From NCBI GenBank assembly GCA_031267005.1, contig JAIRZX010000513.1, forward strand, positions 1-37,185: DNA of 37,185 nucleotides. Reading direction: 5' to 3'. Shown piece by piece: positions 1 through 8,353 of this stretch. The stretch's first letter is position 1, and each line of letters begins with the position of its first letter. This DNA comes from Deltaproteobacteria bacterium. Its GTDB lineage: Bacteria; Desulfobacterota; Desulfarculia; Adiutricales; Adiutricaceae. The position numbers and the translations under genes are program-made. The notes beneath the pieces were generated by a model. That model made no database searches. It saw only the letters and a program-made list of their open reading frames with translations, and was not told the DNA's origin.

Positions 1-2
1 CC

Positions 3-191
3 GCCCCGGCGTCCCGGGCGGCCCTGGATGCTGCCGAGTGCGCCAGAGGCGTCGCGCCCCGTTCCGGCGCGGCCGCTCCCGGCGTTTCCGGCGGGGCCTC
101 GGAACTCGCGGACGCGGCGGACGCCGAGGCCGCGAGGGACGCATGGGATGCCTGGGCCGGGGGTTCCGGCCGTAAAGGGGGCGGGCTTTGA
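3..191 (+). CDS. 3' end of a gene entering from the left edge (murD expected from dcw gene order only)
   Basis: The frame-3 reading (...ALDAAECARGVAPRSGAAAPGVSGGASELADAADAEAARDAWDAWAGGSGRKGGGL*) has G/C at most third positions. Its TGA at 189-191 overlaps the ftsW TTG start (TTGA). No diagnostic MurD motif is visible in the part present. Confidence 0.3.
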   Translation, partial: APASRAALDAAECARGVAPRSGAAAPGVSGGASELADAADAEAARDAWDAWAGGSGRKGGGL

Positions 192-1435
192 GCGGGCAGG
201 AAAAAGGCGCGGGTCCGGTGGACCTGAAGAGCTACCTGCGCGTGGACACGGTGCTCTTCTCCGTGGTGCTGCTCCTGGCCGGCGTGGGGCTGGCGGTTCT
301 TTTGAGCGCGAGCTACCTCAAGGCCGAGCTCTACGAGGACACGCCCTACTATTACCTAAACAGCCAGGCGCTGAGGCTCGCGATTGGCGCCGGGCTGGGC
401 TTCGCCGCCTTCATGGTCCCGGTGAGGTTCTGGATGTGGGCGGCCCCTGCCGTGGGCGCGCTCACGCTGGGGCTCCTGCTCCTTCCCTTCGTGCCGGGCT
501 TCCAGTATCAGGCCATGGGGGCCAGCCGGTGGATCCAGATAGGCGGCCTCTCGGTGCAGCCTTCGGAGTTCGCGAAGGCGGGGATAGTCGTCTACATGGC
601 CTGGTCGCTGGCGAACAAGGGGGAGCTCGCCCGCGGCTTCTGGTACGGCTTTTTCACGCATACCGTGGTTATAGCGGTCTTCGCCGGGCTGATCATCCTG
701 GAGAGGGATCTTGGCGGGGCGCTGGTGGCGTGCGTCATCATGGCGGGAATGATCTTCGCCTCGGGGCTGAAGTGGCGCTACATAGCGCTGTACGCGGGGC
801 TGATAGCGGCGGCCTCCTGGCAGTTCGTGCTTTCCTACGGGTACAGGGTGGCCAGGATCCGCGGCTGGCTCGACCCCTGGGCCGACCCCTACGGCGCCGG
901 CTACGTCATCCTGCACTCCTTCTACGCCTTCGCCAACGGCGGGCTGTTCGGACTGGGGCCGGGGGAGGGGCTGGAGAAGCAGTTCTTCATCCCCGAGATC
1001 CATACGGACTACATTTTCGCGGTGGTTGGCGAGGAGCTGGGCTTCGCGGGCGTGGCCCTGGTGGCCGGGCTGTTTTTGGCCTTCGCCCTCCGGGGGCTCT
1101 TCATCGCCAAGGCCGCTCCCCGGCTTCCCCATTACTACATAGCCATAGGGGCGACGCTGGCCGTGGCGGTCCCCGCCTTCATCAACATGGCGGTGGCGCT
1201 CTCGATAGTCCCGGCCAAGGGCCTGGCGCTCCCCTTCTTCAGCCACGGCGGCTCGAGCCTGGTGTCCTGCCTGGTCTGCACCGGGCTCCTCTTGAGGGTG
1301 GCCGCGGACGGCTGGGCCGACCAGGACCGGGAGGGGCCGCTTCCGGGCGCCAGGGATTCCCTTCCCGGCGCGCAGGCTCAGGCGTCCTTCTCCCCGCCGC
1401 CGCCGTCGGCTTCCGGACCGGGGGTCCGGCCGTGA
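188..1435 (+). CDS. ftsW: SEDS-family peptidoglycan polymerase FtsW
   Basis: 415-aa polytopic membrane ORF with SEDS motifs: GASRWIQIGGLSVQPSEFAK, DPWADPYGAGY, IPEIHTDYIFAVVGEELGF, LPFFSHGGSSL. It sits immediately upstream of murG. A TTG start follows the G-rich SD AAGGGGG. Confidence 0.9.
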   Translation: MSGQEKGAGPVDLKSYLRVDTVLFSVVLLLAGVGLAVLLSASYLKAELYEDTPYYYLNSQALRLAIGAGLGFAAFMVPVRFWMWAAPAVGALTLGLLLLPFVPGFQYQAMGASRWIQIGGLSVQPSEFAKAGIVVYMAWSLANKGELARGFWYGFFTHTVVIAVFAGLIILERDLGGALVACVIMAGMIFASGLKWRYIALYAGLIAAASWQFVLSYGYRVARIRGWLDPWADPYGAGYVILHSFYAFANGGLFGLGPGEGLEKQFFIPEIHTDYIFAVVGEELGFAGVALVAGLFLAFALRGLFIAKAAPRLPHYYIAIGATLAVAVPAFINMAVALSIVPAKGLALPFFSHGGSSLVSCLVCTGLLLRVAADGWADQDREGPLPGARDSLPGAQAQASFSPPPPSASGPGVRP

Positions 1436-2568
1436 CGGGGATAAGGATACTCATGGCCGCGGGCGGCACCGGGGGCCATATCATGCCGGCCGTGGCCGCG
1501 GCGCAGGCCATAAGGCAGCTGGACCCCGCGGCCGAGTTCCTGTTCGTGGGGGCGGGCCGCCCAGCGGAGGAGGCCGTGCTGGGCCCCGGCGGCTGGGAGC
1601 GCGCGTCGGTGAACGCCGCCCCCATCAAGGGAAAGGGCCCGCTGGCCAAGGCGAAGGGGGTCTTTCGCGCCGTGTCCGCCCTCTTCCAGGCCGCGGCCAT
1701 CGTCCGCCGCTTCAAGCCGGATTTGGTCTTCGGCGCCGGAGGCTACAGCTCAGGGCCGGTGGGCCTGGCCGCGAGGCTCTCTGGGGTCCCGCTTTTCATC
1801 CACGAGCAGAACCGCCGCCCGGGACTAACTAACCGCCTCCTCGCGAGGCTCAGCTCCAGGGTGTTTTTGGGCGACCCCGGCGCCGCGGGGCACTTCGCCC
1901 GCGCTAAAACCCTCTACGTCGGAAACCCCGTCCGCCCCGAAATTTTCGCGGACTCCCCCAAGGAGCCCTCCCCCGGAAAGCCGTTCACGCTTCTCGTACT
2001 TGGCGGGAGCCAGGGGGCGGAGAGCCTGAACCGGGCCGTGGGTTCCGCTCTGGCGGGCCTTAAGGGGCTCGGCGGCGTGAGGGTCATCCACCAGGCCGGG
2101 GCCGCCGGGGAGAAGTCCCTCCGGCCCCTTTACGAGGCTTCGGGCCTGGACTTCGAGCTGGGCGCCTTCTTCACGGACATGGCGAGGCTGTACCGCGAGG
2201 CGGATCTGGCGTTGTGCCGGGCGGGGGCCTTGACCCTGGCCGAGCTCGCGGCGGCCGGGGCGCCCTCGGCCCTGGTCCCGCTCCCCTGGGCCGCGGACGA
2301 CCACCAGACGCGGAACGCCGAGGCCTTCGAGGAGGCCGGGGCGGCGCTGACGGTGCCGGAGAAGGCCTTGACCGGCGAAAAGGTAGTCTCGTTAGTCGAG
2401 GGCTTCCTGGACGTGCCGGGGCGCCTCGCCCGGATGAGCAAGGCCGCCATGGGGCTGGCCAGGCGCGACTCCGCCGCGAGGATGGCCGCGGAAATCTACG
2501 CGGCGGCCAGCGCCCGCAGGGCCCGCAGCGGGAGGAAGGGCGTGGGCATGCCCCGGACGGCGCTGTGA
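1432..2568 (+). CDS. murG: UDP-GlcNAc:lipid I N-acetylglucosaminyltransferase MurG
   Basis: This is the C-terminal part of track ORF 28..2568. GTG at 1432 overlaps the ftsW stop (GTGA); an alternative ATG lies at 1453. The N-terminus IRILMAAGGTGGHIMPA carries the GGTGGH loop; also LVLGGSQGA and the C-terminal PWAADDHQTRNAEAF motif. Confidence 0.9.
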   Translation: MTGIRILMAAGGTGGHIMPAVAAAQAIRQLDPAAEFLFVGAGRPAEEAVLGPGGWERASVNAAPIKGKGPLAKAKGVFRAVSALFQAAAIVRRFKPDLVFGAGGYSSGPVGLAARLSGVPLFIHEQNRRPGLTNRLLARLSSRVFLGDPGAAGHFARAKTLYVGNPVRPEIFADSPKEPSPGKPFTLLVLGGSQGAESLNRAVGSALAGLKGLGGVRVIHQAGAAGEKSLRPLYEASGLDFELGAFFTDMARLYREADLALCRAGALTLAELAAAGAPSALVPLPWAADDHQTRNAEAFEEAGAALTVPEKALTGEKVVSLVEGFLDVPGRLARMSKAAMGLARRDSAARMAAEIYAAASARRARSGRKGVGMPRTAL

Positions 2569-2953
2569 AATGGTTGCGGGGGGCCCCGGCGGGAAGCGGG
2601 TCAGATAAGGGCTCGAAGAAACGGCTTGTTAGCGGAAGGAACAGATAGGGCTGGCGTTTTAGTCGGCGAAGGGGCAAGCGCGGCGTCCCCTGCGGAGGAA
2701 GCGGGGACTCGAAGCCGGACGAGTCCCGGAAAGAAAATTCAGGGTCTGCAGCGGGTTCTGGACTCCAGAACTCAAGTCTTAAAACCGAAAGCTGGACGCC
2801 GAGGGCGTTTAAGCGGGGTTCATGGAAAAGAGGCCGGGCTCCGCGCAGTCCGGGCTCCGGGAATAAGGCTCCGGGGGATCGGGCTCCGGGGATAAAGCCG
2901 CAGCGGCAACCAGGCCCCGAAGACCTAAAGTTGGGAAGGGAATTCCGTCCGGG

Positions 2954-4336
2954 ATGTACAGGAAAAGGCGCAACATACACTTCGTGGGCATAGGCGGCAT
3001 CGGCATGAGCGGCATAGCCGAGGTGCTCCACAATCTGGGGCACTCGGTGAGCGGCTCGGATCTGGCCGAAGGCGCCCAGACCAGGCGGCTCGCGGGACTG
3101 GGGATCGAGGTGCTCCTGGGCCACGACGCGTCCCACGTGAAGGGCGCGGACGTGGTCGTGGTCTCTTCGGCGGTGAAGGACGACAACCCCGAGGTGGCGG
3201 CCGCCCGCGGGCGCAGGATCCCGGTAATACCCCGGGCCGAAATGCTCTCGGAGCTGATGAGGCTCAAGACCTCCGTGGCCGTGGCCGGGAGCCACGGGAA
3301 GACCAGCACCTGCTCGCTTTTGGGGACGGTGCTCACGGAGGGCGGGCTGGATCCCACGCTGGTCATAGGCGGCAGGGTGGACAACCTGGGGCTGAACGCC
3401 CGCCTGGGCCAGGGCGACTACCTGGTAGCGGAGGCCGACGAGTCCGACGGGTCGTTCCTGCTCCTTTCGCCGACGGTGGCGGTGGTCACCAACATCGACC
3501 GGGAGCATATGAACTACTACCGGGACATGGACCACCTGCGCGAGACGTTCCTTACCTTCATAAACAGGGTGCCCTTCTACGGGGCCGCGATACTGTGCCT
3601 GGACGATCCCGGCGTCCAGGGGCTCATGCCCAGGGTGAAGAAGCGCTGCGTCACCTACGGGCTCTCGGCACAGTCGAACGTGACCGCCCGCAACATAGTC
3701 CGCGAGGGCTGGGGGCACTCCTTCGAGCTGTGGGCGGGGGGAGAGCCGAAGGGGGCGCTGAAGCTCAACATACCCGGCAGGCACAACGTGCTGAACGCGC
3801 TGGCGGCGGCGGCGGTCTCGATCGAGATGGGCGTGGGCTTCGAAGACCTCAAGCGCGGAGTGGAGCGGCTCTCCGGGGTGGGCCGCCGCTTCGAGAGGAA
3901 GGGCGAGGCGGGGGGCGTGAGCGTCCTGGACGACTACGGCCACCACCCGACGGAGATAAAGGCGACCTTGGCGGCGCTGGCAGAGACCTTCCCGGACAGG
4001 CGGCGGATCGTCGTGTTCCAGCCGCACAGGCATTCGAGGACGAGGGATCTCTTCGACGAGTTCGTAACCTCCTTCAACCAGGCGGATCTCCTGTGGATAG
4101 CCGACATCTACGGCGCGGGGGAGGAGCCCGCGGAGGGGGTGGACTCGAAGGCCCTGTGCGACGCCGTGCGGTCCCACGGCCACGGCGGGGCGAACTACGG
4201 GGGGAGGGTCTCCGAAATCCCCGGCGAGGTCGTGAAGGTTTTGAAGGAAGGCGACGTGGTCCTGACCTTGGGCGCCGGAAACGTCTGGGAGGCCGGGGCC
4301 GAGATTCTGAGAAGGCTCGGGGGGGAAGCCGGGTGA
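2954..4336 (+). CDS. murC: UDP-N-acetylmuramate--L-alanine ligase MurC
   Basis: MYRKRRNIHFVGIGGIGMSGIAEVL N-terminus, Mur-ligase P-loop VAGSHGKTST, AEADESDGSF, DDYGHHPTEI. Full-length 460 aa. Confidence 0.95.
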   Translation: MYRKRRNIHFVGIGGIGMSGIAEVLHNLGHSVSGSDLAEGAQTRRLAGLGIEVLLGHDASHVKGADVVVVSSAVKDDNPEVAAARGRRIPVIPRAEMLSELMRLKTSVAVAGSHGKTSTCSLLGTVLTEGGLDPTLVIGGRVDNLGLNARLGQGDYLVAEADESDGSFLLLSPTVAVVTNIDREHMNYYRDMDHLRETFLTFINRVPFYGAAILCLDDPGVQGLMPRVKKRCVTYGLSAQSNVTARNIVREGWGHSFELWAGGEPKGALKLNIPGRHNVLNALAAAAVSIEMGVGFEDLKRGVERLSGVGRRFERKGEAGGVSVLDDYGHHPTEIKATLAALAETFPDRRRIVVFQPHRHSRTRDLFDEFVTSFNQADLLWIADIYGAGEEPAEGVDSKALCDAVRSHGHGGANYGGRVSEIPGEVVKVLKEGDVVLTLGAGNVWEAGAEILRRLGGEAG

Positions 4337-4470
4337 GCGCGGCGGGCGGAGCGGCGCGGCGCCGGGTCTTTGCCGCCGGCCTTCCGGAGCGCCCGGGGGC
4401 CTCGTCGGCGGCCCGCCCCGCTTCGGGCCCGGTGGGAGGCGCGCCCCGCCGCGCGCGCGCCCTCGCGGGC

Positions 4471-5439
4471 ATGGATCCTGCGGCCCTGTCGCGGCTGGCC
4501 GGGGCTTCCCCGGTGCCCTTGGAAGCCTTGAAACCCCTGGGCGCCCTTACGAGCTTCAAGTGCGGCGGCCCGGCGGCCCTCTTCGGGCGGCCGGGGACCC
4601 TGGAGGAGCTGGAGCGGCTCCGGCTCTTCGCGCTGGACAATTCCCTCCCGTTCATGGTCCTGGGCGGCGGCAACAACGTCCTTTTCGACGATTTGGGCTT
4701 CAGGGGGCTGGCGGCCAGGCTTTCCGGGGAGTTGGGGCGCGTGTCCTTCGCGGGAGGCGGCCCCCTTTCCGGGCGGGGCGCCGCGGCCGTGACGGCGGGG
4801 GCCGGGGCGGCGCTTTCGGAAGTGGCCGACAAGGCCCGCGAGGCCGGGAGGGCGGGCTGGGCCCGGCTCCGCGGCATACCCGGCACGGTGGGCGGGGCCC
4901 TCGCGATGAACGCCGGGGCGGGTGGGGCGGAGGTTGGCCAGCTGGTTTCGGGCGTGACGGTCCTGGGCCCGGGCGGGCGTCGCGTAGTGGGGAGGGAAGA
5001 GGCGGGCTTCAGGTACCGCTGCTCGGACTTGGGCCTTATGGGCCCGATAGCCGAAGCCGAGTTCCTCCTGGGCGAGGAGGCCGCGGAAAGCGAAATCCTG
5101 GCGCTCGAGCGGGAAACTTTGGCCGCGAGGAAGGCGCGGCTCCCCGGGGGGCCTTCCGCTGGATCGGTTTTCAGGAACCCCGAGGGGGCCGAGGCCGCCA
5201 AGTGCGGGGGAAAGAGCGCCGGGAGGCTTATTGAGGAGTGCGGGCTGAAAGGCTCGGCCGTGGGAGGCGCGGTGATAAGCCCAAAGCACGCTAACGTGAT
5301 AGTGAACGCGGGCGGCGCCACGAGCTCGGAAATACGCGCCCTGGCCGGCAAGGCCAGGCTCGAGGTGCTGAAGCGGCACGGCGTGGAGCTCGTTTTGGAG
5401 ATACGCATGCTGGATTTGGGGGGGGAGAGCTACCCGTGA
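4471..5439 (+). CDS. murB: UDP-N-acetylenolpyruvoylglucosamine reductase MurB
   Basis: This is the C-terminal part of track ORF 3595..5439. Motifs: LTSFKCGGPA, FMVLGGGNNVLF, GIPGTVGGALAMNAGA, AGSVFRNP, GGAVISPKHANVIVN. I call the ATG at 4471. An in-frame GTG at 4333 overlapping the murC stop (GTGA) would add about 46 aa and cannot be excluded. Confidence 0.85.
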   Translation: MDPAALSRLAGASPVPLEALKPLGALTSFKCGGPAALFGRPGTLEELERLRLFALDNSLPFMVLGGGNNVLFDDLGFRGLAARLSGELGRVSFAGGGPLSGRGAAAVTAGAGAALSEVADKAREAGRAGWARLRGIPGTVGGALAMNAGAGGAEVGQLVSGVTVLGPGGRRVVGREEAGFRYRCSDLGLMGPIAEAEFLLGEEAAESEILALERETLAARKARLPGGPSAGSVFRNPEGAEAAKCGGKSAGRLIEECGLKGSAVGGAVISPKHANVIVNAGGATSSEIRALAGKARLEVLKRHGVELVLEIRMLDLGGESYP

Positions 5440-6596
5440 CGAATTTCCGCACAACCAGGACCCCCGTGGGCCAGGGGGGGGCGAGCCGCCTCGGGCGCAA
5501 GCAGATAACGCCTCTGGGCCGCGCCCGCCGCGTGGCGGAGGCCGCGGGCACGGCGCAGCCGCCGCGCTCCTCCTCGTCGGGCTCCTCCGCTTCCCCGTCC
5601 CCCGCCTCCGGACGGGGGAACCTCAAAGCCGCGCAGGCCAAGGCCTCCGGGCAGAAGGGCGCCCCGCCCAAGCCCCGCCGGGCCCCCGGCGAGTCCGGGT
5701 CGCTGGCCAAGGCGCTCAAGGCCTCCCCCGGGGCGCTCCGCCGGTTCGCGTCCCTGTGCTTCTACGCCATAGTGGCCACCGCCGCGCTCGCGGCGGTCTC
5801 CGCCGGCTGCCTTTACGCCTACTATTCCTTTTCGGACAGCGACTATTTCCTCATCAAGCGCCACGACATCAGGGGCATTTTCCGCGTATCCCGCCAGGAG
5901 GTGCTTTCCGCCGCCGGGCTCGACCGCCCGGTAAACACCCTGACCTTCGACACGCAGGCGGCGGTGAGGGGGCTCAAAAGCCTTTCCTGGGTGGAGGAGG
6001 CAGACATCTCCCGCGCCCCCCTACCGGACGGCATCACGGTCAGGGTCACCGAATACAAGCCCAGGGCGGTAGTCAGCCTGGACAGGCTCTACTACCTCGA
6101 CGGCAAGGGCCGGCCCTTCAAGAGCCTGGAGCCGGGCGAGAACCCCGACAAGCCGATTGTGAGCGGCTTCACCCTGGACGAGCTCCTGAACGAGGGGCCC
6201 CTGGCGGGACAGGCGGTTTCCGAGGTCTTCGAGCTCATGGACATTTTGGACCGGCGTTCCGACGACTGGAGGCTTGACGAGATTTCCGAGATAAGGCGCG
6301 ATCCGGACATAGGCGTCACCCTCTTCACGCGCCGCTCGGGCATAGAGGCGCGCCTGGGCTTCGGGCCTTTCGCCGAGAAGGCCGCCAGGCTCGGGAAGGT
6401 GACCGGCCGCCTGCGGGCCAGGGGGCATTTGGCCGGCGTGACCCATATGAACCTGGAGTGCGCCCCCCGGGTGACCGTGCGCTGGGCCAAGGGCATGAAG
6501 CCCCCCGACGTGGGCGTGCCCGAGGAGGAGGAGGGCGTCGAGGGCTACGACGGCGAGGTCCCCCCTGCCCTGATGGCGGGCTCGGCCGCGGGCTAG
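5436..6596 (+). CDS. ftsQ: Cell division protein FtsQ (long low-complexity cytoplasmic N-terminus, one TM, POTRA plus beta domain)
   Basis: GTG at 5436 overlaps the murB stop (GTGA). TM segment FASLCFYAIVATAALAAVSAGCLYAYY, followed by a POTRA-like block IKRHDIRGIFRVSRQEVLSAAGLDRPVNTLTFDTQAAVRGLKSLSWVEEADISRAPLPDGITVRVTEYKPRAVV. Located between murB and ftsA. Confidence 0.8.
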   Translation: MTNFRTTRTPVGQGGASRLGRKQITPLGRARRVAEAAGTAQPPRSSSSGSSASPSPASGRGNLKAAQAKASGQKGAPPKPRRAPGESGSLAKALKASPGALRRFASLCFYAIVATAALAAVSAGCLYAYYSFSDSDYFLIKRHDIRGIFRVSRQEVLSAAGLDRPVNTLTFDTQAAVRGLKSLSWVEEADISRAPLPDGITVRVTEYKPRAVVSLDRLYYLDGKGRPFKSLEPGENPDKPIVSGFTLDELLNEGPLAGQAVSEVFELMDILDRRSDDWRLDEISEIRRDPDIGVTLFTRRSGIEARLGFGPFAEKAARLGKVTGRLRARGHLAGVTHMNLECAPRVTVRWAKGMKPPDVGVPEEEEGVEGYDGEVPPALMAGSAAG

Positions 6597-6711
6597 CCTT
6601 TTAACGGCCGGAGGCCCGGTGGGGCCCGGCGCGGGGCGTTTCGGTCGGCAGGGATTTTTTTTGACCCCGGGCCGGGGCTCTTGGCCCCCTTCCGGAAGGA
6701 GACTGGCGGAC

Positions 6712-7959
6712 ATGACGGATCAGGAGCGAGAGAGGCTGGTGGGCCTGGACATCGGGACGACGAAGGTCACCTGCGTGGCGGCGGTGGAGAACGACTTCGG
6801 GGGGCTGGAGATAATTGGGGTCGGGAACGTGCCGTCCCTGGGCATGACCCGGGGCCAGGTCACTAACATGGAGGCCGCGAAGTCCTCCATAGCCAAGGCC
6901 GTGGAAGAGTGCAGGCGCATGGCCGGCTGCCGCATCGAGGACGTGTACGTGGGCATAGCCGGGGGGCACATAGCGAGCTTCAACAGCCACGGGATCGTGG
7001 CCGTCCGGGACAAGGGGGAGAGGCTGGTAACCGAGGAGGACAAGCGCCGGGCCGTTGAGGCGGCGGAGACCCTGAACATCCCCCAGGGGAGGATCATCGT
7101 CCAGAGCATCCCTCAGGAGTACAAGGTCGACGACGTGGAGGGCATACTGGATCCCCTGAACATGGTGGGGGTCCGCCTCGAGGTGAAGGTCCACGTTATC
7201 ACCTCGGCTTTGAACGCGTACCAGAACATCGTGAACTGCGTGACCGACGCGGATTTGAACATGAAGGAGATGATCTTGGAGTCGCTCGCCTCCGCCGAGG
7301 CGGTGCTGACCCCCCAGGAGATGGACGTGGGCGCGGCCGTGCTGGACATAGGCGGCGGGACCTCGGACGTGGCGATTTTTTCCGGAGGATCGGTCAAGTA
7401 CTCCGGCGTCGTGGCCCAGGGCGGGGACAACCTGACCCAGGACATAGCCTTGGGGCTACGCACCTCGCTCGAGACGTCCGAGCGCTTCAAGGTGGCCCGG
7501 GGCGCGCTCCGCCCGGACCTCTTAAGCGCCGAGGGCCTGGTCATCCCCTCTTTGGGCGGCCAGCAGACCGAGGTGGACCCCGCCTTCTTCTGCGCGATCA
7601 TGGAAAAGCGAATGACGGACATCTTGGAGTGCGTGAACATGGAGTTCGTGAAAAGCGGCCTGGACCAGGACGTCCACGAGGTGGTGCTGACCGGCGGCTC
7701 TTCCATGCTGCCGGGGCTGGTGGATCTGGCCCGGCACGTCCTGAACCGCGGCGTGAGGCTGGGCGAGCCCCGCATAGACGGCGGCCTGAGCTCGATGGTA
7801 AACGATCCGCGCTTCTCCACAGCGATAGGGCTCGTCATGTACGGCCACCGCGCCGAACGCGAGTCGCGGGATCCCTCCCAGAGGGGGGCCGGCGCTGGCG
7901 GGCAGTCGCTTCCGGGCAGGATGATCCGGGGCTTCAAGAGAATTTTCACGGGCGACTAG
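6712..7959 (+). CDS. ftsA: Cell division protein FtsA (copy 1)
   Basis: ATG at 6712 follows the SD GGAAGGAG. Actin-fold phosphate-1 motif LVGLDIGTTKV, SHS2/1C insert region (EEDKRRAVEAAE...IPQEYKVDDVEGILDPLNMVGVRLEVKVHVIT), LDIGGGTSDVAIF, GGDNLTQDI, VLTGGSSMLPGL. The C-terminal amphipathic peptide GRMIRGFKRIFTGD looks like a membrane-targeting helix. Confidence 0.9.
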   Translation: MTDQERERLVGLDIGTTKVTCVAAVENDFGGLEIIGVGNVPSLGMTRGQVTNMEAAKSSIAKAVEECRRMAGCRIEDVYVGIAGGHIASFNSHGIVAVRDKGERLVTEEDKRRAVEAAETLNIPQGRIIVQSIPQEYKVDDVEGILDPLNMVGVRLEVKVHVITSALNAYQNIVNCVTDADLNMKEMILESLASAEAVLTPQEMDVGAAVLDIGGGTSDVAIFSGGSVKYSGVVAQGGDNLTQDIALGLRTSLETSERFKVARGALRPDLLSAEGLVIPSLGGQQTEVDPAFFCAIMEKRMTDILECVNMEFVKSGLDQDVHEVVLTGGSSMLPGLVDLARHVLNRGVRLGEPRIDGGLSSMVNDPRFSTAIGLVMYGHRAERESRDPSQRGAGAGGQSLPGRMIRGFKRIFTGD

Positions 7960-8158
7960 CCCGTGCACGGCTCCCGGAGATCCCCCCGGGCTTCCGGTTT
8001 CGGATTTCAGCTTCCGTTTTGCGCCTTGCCTTCAGCGCCTTTGCCCCCTTCCCTAGGCCTTGCTTTCAGGGCCTTCGCCCTTTGCCTTCCGCCTTGCGTT
8101 CGGGGCCCTCGCACTCTGCCTTGCGCCCCGGGCTTTAAGCTCGGGGCCCCTGCCCTCT

Positions 8159-8235
8159 GCCTTGCGCCTTAGGCTTTGCGCCTTGCGCCTTGCGCCTTGC
8201 GCCTTACGCCTTACGCCTTACGCCTTACGCCTTGC
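8159..8235. repeat. Tandem array of a 7-bp unit GCCTTRC (11 units, the last 8 essentially perfect)
   Basis: Read directly: gccttgc gccttag gctttgc gccttgc gccttgc gccttgc gccttac gccttac gccttac gccttac gccttgc. It is embedded in a wider GCCTT-rich tract (about 8020-8240) that also holds a 27-bp imperfect direct repeat at 8101-8127 and 8142-8168. Confidence 0.9.
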
Positions 8236-8353
8236 GTCTAGCGGCGGTCGCGGCCCCGGACGCGGCCAAACGCGCTTCAGCGAACGAAACGGCGGTCCCC
8301 CGCCCCGACCCGCCGCCCCTGCTTACGGGGTGGGGGGGGAAAGGAAACCGGTT

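Noticed and set aside
28-1431. N-terminal 468 codons of the 846-aa track ORF (28..2568) that precede the MurG domain
   Set aside because: This part is out of frame with, and fully overlaps, the well-supported ftsW gene. The translation is Arg/Gly/Pro/Ala-rich with no motifs. Only the portion from 1432 onward is MurG.
2171-4183. 670-aa minus-strand ORF antisense to murG/murC
   Set aside because: It has typical GC-rich antisense artefact composition (Arg/Pro/Gly/His-rich, no domains) and overlaps two strongly supported + strand genes.
3595-4470. N-terminal part of the 614-aa track ORF that ends as MurB
   Set aside because: It overlaps murC in another frame and is Arg/Gly-rich. MurB homology begins only near 4471; the earliest plausible start is GTG at 4333.
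4074-5454. Minus-strand ORFs of 444 and 419 aa antisense to murB
   Set aside because: They are low-complexity Pro/Arg/Ser/Ala translations opposite a motif-supported gene, and so are GC artefacts.
8159-8235. Possible CRISPR array
   Set aside because: The units are 7 bp and directly abutting with no spacers. This is a microsatellite-type tandem repeat, not CRISPR.
8060-8353. N-terminal extension of the second ftsA (track ORF starts at 8060)
   Set aside because: The extension is simply the translation of the GCCTTRC repeat tract (…LRLAPCALRLTPYALRL…). A proper SD plus ATG at 8354 gives a canonical FtsA N-terminus (MPEIITALDIGTTK).
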